From positions 44,712 through 108,711 of the forward strand of contig CAZTTO010000010.1 of assembly GCA_964616465.1 (NCBI GenBank): a stretch of 64,000 nt of DNA, read 5' to 3'. The first letter of the stretch is position 1. The number at the start of each line of letters is the position of its first letter. The notes under the pieces are model-generated. The model worked only from the letters and a program-made list of their open reading frames with translations, made no database searches and was not told the origin of the DNA. Made by a program: the position numbers and the translations under genes. Below, piece after piece: positions 47,924-55,648 of this stretch. The stretch is from an uncultured Hydrotalea sp. (GTDB lineage: Bacteria > Bacteroidota > Bacteroidia > Chitinophagales > Chitinophagaceae).

Positions 47924-48118
47924 ATGGCCGATAAAAAAAACTTCATATTAAGAATTGACGAATCCACTTATAAACTATTAGAAAAGTGGGCAGCAGACGA
48001 ATTTAGAAGTGTGAACGGGCAACTAGAGTGGCTGATTGACAAAGCTTTACGAGATTCTGGACGAAAAAAAGACAAACAACCCAATTCAGTCAAACCAAAT
48101 TCTCCATCCGCTAAATAA
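47924..48118 (+). CDS. Arc/MetJ-type ribbon-helix-helix DNA-binding protein
   Basis: 64 aa. NFILRIDESTYKLLEKWAADEFRSVNGQLEWLIDKAL has the beta-alpha-alpha RHH pattern. Confidence 0.65.
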   Translation: MADKKNFILRIDESTYKLLEKWAADEFRSVNGQLEWLIDKALRDSGRKKDKQPNSVKPNSPSAK

Positions 48119-48155
48119 CATCTGTGTATATTCAACATTGGGCATATTTAACAGA

Positions 48156-49013
48156 ATGTTTATGTTTGTCCCCATGAAGTTCAGCGAGAATAAGCCCATT
48201 CGTATTGCCATTCTTGATTTATATGAAGGCCATGTGAACCAAGGGATGAGGTGTATTAGAGAACTCATTAATACTTGGGGCGAGATGCATCAATGTGAGG
48301 TGCAGTTTAAAGAATTTGATGTTAGACAACACCTGGCAACCCCCGATTTAAGTTACGATGCTTACATATCTAGTGGCGGACCAGGTTCTCCTCTTGAAAC
48401 TGAAGGGAACGATTGGGAGCGGGCCTATTTTAATTGGTTACAACAAGTGGAAGACTGGAATAAGAATCCAGAGAATTTATCTAAAAAGCATGTTCTGTTT
48501 ATCTGCCATAGCTTTCAATTAGCTTGTAGGCACTATGGTATAGGCTTGGTATGTAAAAGGAAGTCAACTTCATTTGGTGTATTCCCTGTTCATATGATGC
48601 CAGATGGAAAAAATGAGGAGCTATTCGATGGACTTAAAGACCCTTTTTATGCAGTAGATAGCCGCGATTTCCAAGTAATTCAACCTAATTACAATAAGCT
48701 GCAGGAAATGGGCGGAAAAATATTAGCCATTGAAAAAATGCGTCCGCACGTTCCTTATGAACGCGCAATTATGTCGGTACGTTTCAATGATTACTTTATT
48801 GGCACTCAATTTCATCCCGAAGCAGATGCTGCAGGTATGAGTATGTATTTGCAGAGAGAAGATAAAAAGCAAAGTGTTATTGAAAACCACGGAGAAGCCA
48901 AATGGCAAAGCATGGTTGAGCAATTGCAGGATCCAGAAAAAATTATGTGGACCAATACACATATTATTCCAAACTTTTTGAACCAAGCTGTTGGCGAGTT
49001 GGTGACTTATTAA
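48156..49013 (+). CDS. Class-I glutamine amidotransferase-like protein
   Basis: Nucleophile Cys in LFICHSFQL and His-x-Glu in TQFHPE. The ATG at 48156 is preferred over the track start, which overlaps the RHH gene. Confidence 0.7.
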   Translation: MFMFVPMKFSENKPIRIAILDLYEGHVNQGMRCIRELINTWGEMHQCEVQFKEFDVRQHLATPDLSYDAYISSGGPGSPLETEGNDWERAYFNWLQQVEDWNKNPENLSKKHVLFICHSFQLACRHYGIGLVCKRKSTSFGVFPVHMMPDGKNEELFDGLKDPFYAVDSRDFQVIQPNYNKLQEMGGKILAIEKMRPHVPYERAIMSVRFNDYFIGTQFHPEADAAGMSMYLQREDKKQSVIENHGEAKWQSMVEQLQDPEKIMWTNTHIIPNFLNQAVGELVTY

Positions 49014-49069
49014 ATTCATGAAGTATTAATCCTTAGATTTTGTATTTTCATAGCAATTAAACATTTGCT

Positions 49070-50266
49070 ATGGACCCGTTGATTAGAAAAGAATTCAATG
49101 CTTTTTTTTCTGAACAGAAATACGAATCATTTTTAGAAGAACTCCACAATTTCATTCCAAATGCAATTGATTTTAGGGTTGCAGAAACACCCATTTTCGT
49201 AGATAAAAATTTTAGAAATAAAATTTTAGATACTTGCGAACACATCATCGATTGTATAACTGATCCATCATTTAACGAACATACAAGCAAGGCCATACCA
49301 AACAACTGGCAAGTACCCAATGAAACACCCTACGCCGATTGTATTGCCTTCGATTTTGGAATTTGTGAAGATGAAGAAGGAAATTTAAATCCACAGTTGA
49401 TAGAAATGCAAGGCTTCCCTTCCTTATTTGCCTATCAAATTTGGCATGATGAAGTAACTCGTAAGCATTGGCCTATACCTGATAATTTTAGCTCATACTT
49501 AAATGGATTTGATAAGACCTCTTATATTAAACTACTGAAAGACGTGATACTAAGAGGTTACCAAGAAGAGGAAGTGATCTTACTAGAAATTCTTCCACAT
49601 CAGCAAAAAACAAGAATTGATTTTTATTGTACAGAAAAATATATAGGCATCCAACCTGTTTGTATCACCGAACTTGAAGTAGAAGGAAATGAACTTTACT
49701 ATACAAAAGAAGGAAGAAGAATAAAAATCAAACGCATTTACAATCGCGTCATTTTTGATGAGCTGCAGCAACAACCGAAAAATATTCAAGAAAAAGGACA
49801 AATATTTTTCCAAGAGTTGGATGTGGAATGGTGTCCACACCCCAATTGGTTTTACAGAATAAGTAAGTATACCATTCCATTCATTAAACACTCGAATATA
49901 CCTGATACTTATTTCTTAAACGAGATCAAACAAGTTCCAAAGAATTTGCAAGAGTATGTTTTAAAACCTTTGTTTTCTTTTGCAGGCCAAGGTGTCATTA
50001 TTGATGTAACAGAAGACGATATCAATGCAATACAAGATCCAGAGAATTGGATTCTACAAAAAAAGGTGCAATACGCTGCATGTATACCCACTCCAGATGT
50101 TCCAGCTAAAGCGGAAATAAGAATTTTTTACTTCTGGAAAAAAGGAGCGGCTCGTCCAATAGCCGCCCAAAATCTAGCTCGATTAAGTAAAGGGAAAATG
50201 ATTGGAGTGCGTTATAATTTTGATAAGACTTGGGTAGGTGGAACCAATGCTTATTTTGAAAAATAA
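49070..50266 (+). CDS. Uncharacterised protein, possibly a circularly permuted ATP-grasp-like enzyme
   Basis: 398 aa. PQLIEMQGFPSLFAYQ and VLKPLFSFAGQGVIID resemble ATP-grasp segments. The assignment is weak. Confidence 0.35.
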   Translation: MDPLIRKEFNAFFSEQKYESFLEELHNFIPNAIDFRVAETPIFVDKNFRNKILDTCEHIIDCITDPSFNEHTSKAIPNNWQVPNETPYADCIAFDFGICEDEEGNLNPQLIEMQGFPSLFAYQIWHDEVTRKHWPIPDNFSSYLNGFDKTSYIKLLKDVILRGYQEEEVILLEILPHQQKTRIDFYCTEKYIGIQPVCITELEVEGNELYYTKEGRRIKIKRIYNRVIFDELQQQPKNIQEKGQIFFQELDVEWCPHPNWFYRISKYTIPFIKHSNIPDTYFLNEIKQVPKNLQEYVLKPLFSFAGQGVIIDVTEDDINAIQDPENWILQKKVQYAACIPTPDVPAKAEIRIFYFWKKGAARPIAAQNLARLSKGKMIGVRYNFDKTWVGGTNAYFEK

Positions 50267-50270
50267 CTCA

Positions 50271-51155
50271 TTACTTCAAGGCATTGAAGAAACTGTATTC
50301 AAAGCTTACTTGCCAGCCTTCCGTATTCCATCTAGCTATTGAACCATTCAATTGCTTTCTATAGCCTAGATTCAACTTAGCAGTACTCTTGAATATTAGC
50401 TGTATGGCTGGAGCAATATCAATAAAGCCTCCCTTTCTGTCTAATCCCTCCCCGCCTAGAAACTCAACATATAGGTTGAGGTTGGTTTGGTCGTACGACT
50501 TATACTTTACTGGCAGTAATAAATATCCTGCACTGAGGCTGTATGAGAAAGCTTGTCTTGTAAAGAAATCGTTGAAATTTTGATCTTTACCTATATTGTC
50601 CATCCGCTGTACAATAGCACCTGTACCAGAAATAGCAAGTTTATGAAATAGCTGAGTAGCAACTATGCCCGCAGTCCAACCAGAATGATTACCATTCAAT
50701 GTAAGGTCATCATTTCGATGTATTTTTTGTCCAATATGAATGGAGCCATCTGGACGAACATGTCTTTCTTCGGTAAACATTGCAACATCATTATTCACCA
50801 CCGAAACCTTTCCAAAAGCTGCCATTCTAAAATGCGCATGTACTTGGTCAATACTTAAAAAACGATACTTAGCATATAATCCACCGCCTTCCATTTTCCA
50901 AGTAGGCTGAAGCATATTAGAAGCGTATAATGAGCCTGTTACCATCCAGTTTTTATTAATGCCCAACATAACTTCAGGCATTATTCTGGTTGCTTGCCTA
51001 CTTTCAAAACTCATTGGCATATGCATAGTTGTAAAACGTAAACCAATACTTTTTGCAGGCACATTACTTGCAGGCTCAGAAAACACATAAAGCTCTTGTG
51101 CATACATAGCAGTAGTAAATAGCAAGAATAAACTTGCTGATATTAATCTACGCAT
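50271..51155 (-). CDS. Secreted protein, probable outer-membrane beta-barrel
   Basis: Signal peptide MRRLISASLFLLFTTAMYAQ, alternating beta-strand pattern, aromatic-rich C-terminus (FEYSFFNALK). Confidence 0.45.
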   Translation of the reverse strand: MRRLISASLFLLFTTAMYAQELYVFSEPASNVPAKSIGLRFTTMHMPMSFESRQATRIMPEVMLGINKNWMVTGSLYASNMLQPTWKMEGGGLYAKYRFLSIDQVHAHFRMAAFGKVSVVNNDVAMFTEERHVRPDGSIHIGQKIHRNDDLTLNGNHSGWTAGIVATQLFHKLAISGTGAIVQRMDNIGKDQNFNDFFTRQAFSYSLSAGYLLLPVKYKSYDQTNLNLYVEFLGGEGLDRKGGFIDIAPAIQLIFKSTAKLNLGYRKQLNGSIARWNTEGWQVSFEYSFFNALK

Positions 51156-51159
51156 ATAT

Positions 51160-51642
51160 TTAATTCTTTTTCGTCTTTAATAATTTTTCAATTTGCTCTA
51201 CTGAAGGGTCTACTGCAATAACTTTCCCTTTTTCATCAAGTAAATAACTCGTAGGTAATTGCTCAACACCCCAGCGAATGGCAATAGGCGACTCCCATCC
51301 ACCTGGATCAATCACTTGTTTCCAAGTAATCGCATCTTTTTTTATGGCATTCAACCAATCATTTTTAACGTCATCCACAGAAACTCCTAAGATTTCAAAA
51401 TCCTTCGATTTATACTTTTCATAGATCGGCTTAATGGCTCTATTTGATTTTCTACATGGGCCACACCAAGAAGCCCAAAAATCTACTAATACCCATTTAC
51501 CAGAAAAATGATCCAAAGAAATCATTCCACCTTCATTGCTAGGTAAACTAATTGGCAAAGCTTGATCACCAATTTTTAATTGAGCAAATAGAAAACCCTG
51601 CATAAAAAAGCAAATAGCAAAGAGATAAATCTTTTTAATCAT
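51160..51642 (-). CDS. TlpA-like periplasmic thiol:disulfide oxidoreductase (thioredoxin fold)
   Basis: WASWCGPC active site and a signal peptide. Confidence 0.85.
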   Translation of the reverse strand: MIKKIYLFAICFFMQGFLFAQLKIGDQALPISLPSNEGGMISLDHFSGKWVLVDFWASWCGPCRKSNRAIKPIYEKYKSKDFEILGVSVDDVKNDWLNAIKKDAITWKQVIDPGGWESPIAIRWGVEQLPTSYLLDEKGKVIAVDPSVEQIEKLLKTKKN

Positions 51643-51644
51643 GG

Positions 51645-52196
51645 CTATAATGTTACGTGGTATACTCTCTTTGAATTATTCGAATTTGAAGCAGTTGTGG
51701 TGCAGCATGACTCCATTACACCAGTTTGAAAACAAGTCATCTTGGTATATTGACTCATTTTTTTATGCTCTTTAGTCGGTAAAAAGTTTTTATCTATAAT
51801 ACGCAGCTTAGTAGCTCCTTGCAACTGCTGCTTTTTTACATTCATAAAATGAAGTACTACCCCACCCATTTCAATGTGTGCATCGGGCTGAATAGCAGTT
51901 TCATTCATGATTGCTTGAACATCGAGTCGTGCAACAGAAAATCCGGCATCTTCAACGGCCTTTTTAATTTGATCAAAATCAACAACTTTGTTTTCCTGAA
52001 AGTCAATTTCAAAACCTGATGTTTGAATATCTGCTTTAACAGACTGAACAAACGGTATTTTTTCAATTGATTTAAGAATTGATTTAGAACACAAAGAACA
52101 AGTTAACCCACTTGCTTGCAAGGTGGCCGATTTGAGTTGTGCTTGAGAATAAAAGCCAATTAATAGCATTGAAAAAACTGTAAAGAATTTTTTCAT
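51645..52196 (-). CDS. Secreted heavy-metal-associated (HMA) domain protein
   Basis: Signal peptide, GLTCSLCS CxxC in a ferredoxin-like HMA layout, and a C-terminal MESCC. Confidence 0.7.
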   Translation of the reverse strand: MKKFFTVFSMLLIGFYSQAQLKSATLQASGLTCSLCSKSILKSIEKIPFVQSVKADIQTSGFEIDFQENKVVDFDQIKKAVEDAGFSVARLDVQAIMNETAIQPDAHIEMGGVVLHFMNVKKQQLQGATKLRIIDKNFLPTKEHKKMSQYTKMTCFQTGVMESCCTTTASNSNNSKRVYHVTL

Positions 52197-52214
52197 ATAA
52201 AATACTTTTTGAGA

Positions 52215-52239
52215 ATGCGGCCGACTTTGTCGGCCGCAT
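52215..52239. other. Perfect 11-bp GC-rich stem-loop between the two HMA genes, with no U-tract
   Basis: ATGCGGCCGAC, loop TTT, GTCGGCCGCAT. It is not followed by a T-run on either strand. Confidence 0.6.
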
Positions 52240-52251
52240 AAAATTTAGAAA

Positions 52252-52809
52252 TTAAGACTTACAGCAAGATTCGTTCGACTTACTACAAACCATTTTACCT
52301 TGTGCATCTTTCTTGCAACAACCATCTTGGCTGTTCTTGCAATTCATAGCTTGAGCGCCATCGCCTTTTTTGCAACAACCTTCTTTTTCGCACTTTTCAG
52401 CGGTACAATCCTTACACTTACCTTCTGAGCCTTCTTTCTTACACTTACCATCTTTGCAACAATCAGCTACAGCTTGTGAAGCATTTTTACGATCATACTT
52501 ACAACATTCGTGTAATTTTTCATATACCCCATCTTCTGCGGTAAAATCTTGAGTGTCATGACCAACACCAGCAACTGCTTGCTGAATTTTTGCAGATGAA
52601 GTTTTAGAAGAAGCATAAGTAACCTGAAGCATTTTACTTTCTTCATTCCAAGTAGCCTTGGTCGCACCACCTTCTTTTGCAGCTTTTTCAATTCTAGTTT
52701 TACACATGCCGCAATTACCGTATACTTTAATATTTTCTGTCTTAGATTGAGCAATCGCCAAGTTTGCAACGAATGCTATTACAATGGATAAAATAAACTT
52801 GAGTTTCAT
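52252..52809 (-). CDS. Secreted HMA-domain protein with a Cys/Lys-rich metallothionein-like tail
   Basis: Signal peptide, VYGNCGMCKTRIEKAA HMA motif, GHDTQDFTAEDGVYEKLHECCKY, then 16 Cys in about the last 87 aa (repeated CCK). Confidence 0.8.
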   Translation of the reverse strand: MKLKFILSIVIAFVANLAIAQSKTENIKVYGNCGMCKTRIEKAAKEGGATKATWNEESKMLQVTYASSKTSSAKIQQAVAGVGHDTQDFTAEDGVYEKLHECCKYDRKNASQAVADCCKDGKCKKEGSEGKCKDCTAEKCEKEGCCKKGDGAQAMNCKNSQDGCCKKDAQGKMVCSKSNESCCKS

Positions 52810-52892
52810 AATTTGATTTTTTGATGTATGATTAATAGAATAAAAGTTGGAAAGCTATAATAGCTTCCAAAAACAGAGCAGAGGTCAAAAAA

Positions 52893-53282
52893 TCAAATTA
52901 GAAAGATACTATTGTGACAAAGCAAGTCTGGACCTGAGTATATTGGTTTTTCGAGTTGGTATAAATTAAAATCAACATTAGAAACAACAGTCTCTATGAG
53001 TACATGATATAAAACAGGTGGGAGATCTTTTACTGGAACTGGGAGGGATGATACAACAGAAGAAGAACCATGATCATCCTGAATTTTGATTACCTCGTAT
53101 TTTGTATCGCAACAGGCCATCTTTTTCTTAGACGACCCTTTCTTACAAGCTCAAAAATCCTTAGCGGCTATATCCAACTGAACCTTACTCAACTTCCCCA
53201 TACAGTAGTGAATATTCACTACCATACCACTAGAAACAGTGAAGTAAAGAATTGCTAATATGGATACAAACCATTTTTTCAT
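52893..53282 (-). pseudogene. HYC_CC_PP-like small membrane protein gene interrupted by an in-frame TGA at codon 44
   Basis: Hand translation from the ATG at 53282: MKKWFVSILAILYFTVSSGMVVNIHYCMGKLSKVQLDIAAKDF*ACKKGSSKKKMACCDTKYEVIKIQDDH..LPPVLYHV..NSIFLI. The stop is at 53153-53151. The track ORF 52893..53120 is the in-frame downstream part. Confidence 0.6.
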
Positions 53283-53338
53283 CAGTACAAAAGTAATGTA
53301 TATTCAAATAAATGAAATAATACCCTCAAATTTAAATG

Positions 53339-54109
53339 TTAAAATTCATGTGCCTCAGATAGCTGCAATGACTTTTCTTTTTTCTGCTTACGCCAATCGG
53401 GTCGCCAATACATAAACAGTCTAAATGTATGATTTTCATTGTATTTATTACCTTGAATCAACTGCTGATACACGTGCATATAACCTATATCCGCCTCTAA
53501 AGCAGAGGTTAGTTTTTGCCTAAAACCGACAAAAAATCTATTCTGATCAAAGTGATTATAAACAATATCCCTGCCTGTTTGCAACAATAATTCATTTGCA
53601 ATTGATAATTTAGGTACATATTCCTGCTTACTAAACGACCAGTTCAACATACTTAAATACCTCAAACGAGCTGTAAATCTCCTATCTCTTATAGGTATGC
53701 CATTTACAATTTTTTCCTGCCAGCGTTCTTCCAGTCTAATTCTATGAACCCACTGAACGGATCCATTCTGCTTTACCCACTGGGCTTGTTGGTACAATCT
53801 ATTTTCATTTGCAAATAATTCTGTTGCATTATTCCTACTCGCCAGCCACAAATGGCCTGTGCCTCCAGCTAAAGAAAATCCTCTGTGCATTTGTCTTGAA
53901 ATCCCCCATCGAACAAAGTAGAAATTATTCCCAGCTAAAAAATCATTTCTGCGAATATGCACATCGCCTATCAAACTCCATTTATCTGAAACCTTTGCAA
54001 GGGTATTGATACTCCACCAACTATGATGTTGAGTTTCAACTTGCTTTTGCTGTGCTGTCAAAAGAAGAGAAATAAATAATCCAACCAATGCAAATAGCGT
54101 TCTAAGCAT
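53339..54109 (-). CDS. Secreted protein, DUF2490-like outer-membrane candidate
   Basis: 256 aa. Signal peptide, Trp/Arg-rich beta pattern (HHSWWSINTLAKVSDKWSLIGDVHIRR). Confidence 0.45.
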   Translation of the reverse strand: MLRTLFALVGLFISLLLTAQQKQVETQHHSWWSINTLAKVSDKWSLIGDVHIRRNDFLAGNNFYFVRWGISRQMHRGFSLAGGTGHLWLASRNNATELFANENRLYQQAQWVKQNGSVQWVHRIRLEERWQEKIVNGIPIRDRRFTARLRYLSMLNWSFSKQEYVPKLSIANELLLQTGRDIVYNHFDQNRFFVGFRQKLTSALEADIGYMHVYQQLIQGNKYNENHTFRLFMYWRPDWRKQKKEKSLQLSEAHEF

Positions 54110-54184
54110 GCAACAAAACTAACTTAGTAGAGCTATTTTCACACATGATATCTATCATAATCTAAAATTATTGACCTTTAGCAG

Positions 54185-54820
54185 GTGACACAAATTAAAT
54201 ACAAATTTCAAGTTGGCTCCTCTGAATACCATTTATTCATTCCATCTTTGCAATATCTTCAAACTTCTTATGAAGAATCAAAAAGTAAAGGGAACTTTAA
54301 GCCCTTTCCATATTGGGGTAAAGTTTGGCCTGCCGCTAAGGCACTTCAAAAATTCTTACTAGAAGGAGGAAATACATTCATTCAGAAGAAACAAATCATG
54401 GAAATTGGCTGCGGAATTGGACTTCCTTCGTTTATTGCATCTTTATATGCCGACTCAGTTTTAGTTAGCGACTACCATGAAGATGCTATCAATCAAATAA
54501 AGATTAATCTAGGACATTGGCCTACAAAAAATATACAAACTAAATTATTTAACTGGCAAAACAACTTTGTTGATAATCACATAGAAGTACTTTTAATGAG
54601 CGATGTAAATTACGATCCCGTATCACATGAAAGTCTCAACAGATTAATCGGCCAGTTCTTATCAAAGCCTAATAATACCATTCTCCTCTCTACACCTGAT
54701 AGAATTGCGGGTGTTAACTTCATTGACCATTTAAGTGGCTATATCCAAAGCAGCATGCAATACAATATAGATGAAACCAATTGTTTTGTATATGTACTTC
54801 AAAAAAAAGCCGCACCATAA
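54185..54820 (+). CDS. Class I SAM-dependent methyltransferase (Methyltransf_16/lysine-MTase-like)
   Basis: Motif I MEIGCGIGLPS and acidic VSDY. GTG start. Confidence 0.65.
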   Translation: MTQIKYKFQVGSSEYHLFIPSLQYLQTSYEESKSKGNFKPFPYWGKVWPAAKALQKFLLEGGNTFIQKKQIMEIGCGIGLPSFIASLYADSVLVSDYHEDAINQIKINLGHWPTKNIQTKLFNWQNNFVDNHIEVLLMSDVNYDPVSHESLNRLIGQFLSKPNNTILLSTPDRIAGVNFIDHLSGYIQSSMQYNIDETNCFVYVLQKKAAP

Positions 54821-54856
54821 AATGATGCGACTCAATTATTATTTATCCAAATAGTT

Positions 54857-55639
54857 CTACTCTGATTGTTTAAAAACTTCCTTCACTTGTCCTTGCTGAA
54901 GAAAAGGACGCAAAATATCAATTGGTACAGGGAAGATAGTTGTTGAATTATTTTCGGTAGCAATTTCACGCAATGTTTGAAGGTATCTCAGAGTGAGTGC
55001 ACTTGGGTGATGAGAGAGAATTTCTGCAGCATCAGCAAGCTTTTGGGAAGCTTGCAATTCACCTTCGGCTGAAATTACTTTAGACCTTCTTTCTCTTTCT
55101 GCTTCTGCCTGCTTGGCCATAGCTCTTTGCATTTCCTGTGGAAGGTCAATTTGCTTTACTTCTACATTTGAAACTTTGATACCCCAAGGTTCGGTTTGTG
55201 CATCAATAATTTGTTGCAGCTTTTGATTAATCTTTTCTCTTTGAGAAAGCAAATCATCTAATTCCATTTGTCCGCATACACTTCTTAGTGTTGTTTGGGA
55301 AATTTGCGAAGTAGCCGACATAAAGTTTTCTACCTGAACAATAGCATTACGTGGATCTATAACGCGGAAGTAAACAACGGCGTTTACCTTTACAGACACG
55401 TTATCATTTGTGATGATGTCTTGAGGGGGAACATCTAAAACAATAGTTCGCAAACTTACCTTCACCATCTTATCAATAAATGGTATCAGCAAGATAAGAC
55501 CTGGTCCTTTTGCTGCTATTAATCGGCCTAATCTGAATACAACACCCCTTTCATATTCTCTAAGTACTTTAATGGCTGCTGAAAGAAAAGTTATTGAAAA
55601 CAGCACTAATAAGACTAACGAAAATGGTACCTTTTCCAT
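54857..55639 (-). CDS. Stomatin-like (slipin) SPFH-domain protein
   Basis: 260 aa. N-terminal [15 protein letters not shown], and a coiled-coil QAEAERERR. Confidence 0.9.
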   Translation of the reverse strand: MEKVPFSLVLLVLFSITFLSAAIKVLREYERGVVFRLGRLIAAKGPGLILLIPFIDKMVKVSLRTIVLDVPPQDIITNDNVSVKVNAVVYFRVIDPRNAIVQVENFMSATSQISQTTLRSVCGQMELDDLLSQREKINQKLQQIIDAQTEPWGIKVSNVEVKQIDLPQEMQRAMAKQAEAERERRSKVISAEGELQASQKLADAAEILSHHPSALTLRYLQTLREIATENNSTTIFPVPIDILRPFLQQGQVKEVFKQSE

Positions 55640-55648
55640 ATACTATAT

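Noticed and set aside
52467-52769. 100-aa alternative-frame ORF inside the Cys-rich HMA gene.
   Set aside because: It is on the same strand but out of frame with a gene that has a clear signal peptide and HMA motifs. Its Leu/Lys-rich product is a by-product of the repetitive TGTTGCAAR coding sequence.
53115-53153. Selenocysteine decoding of the TGA in the HYC_CC_PP-like gene, using the downstream 8-bp hairpin as a SECIS.
   Set aside because: I did not adopt this as the call. The hairpin is short, has two G-U pairs and lacks the conserved apical GU features of bacterial SECIS elements. No sel genes are visible in the window. The TGA does not clearly replace the family's conserved Cys. I keep it only as a low-probability alternative in the finding.
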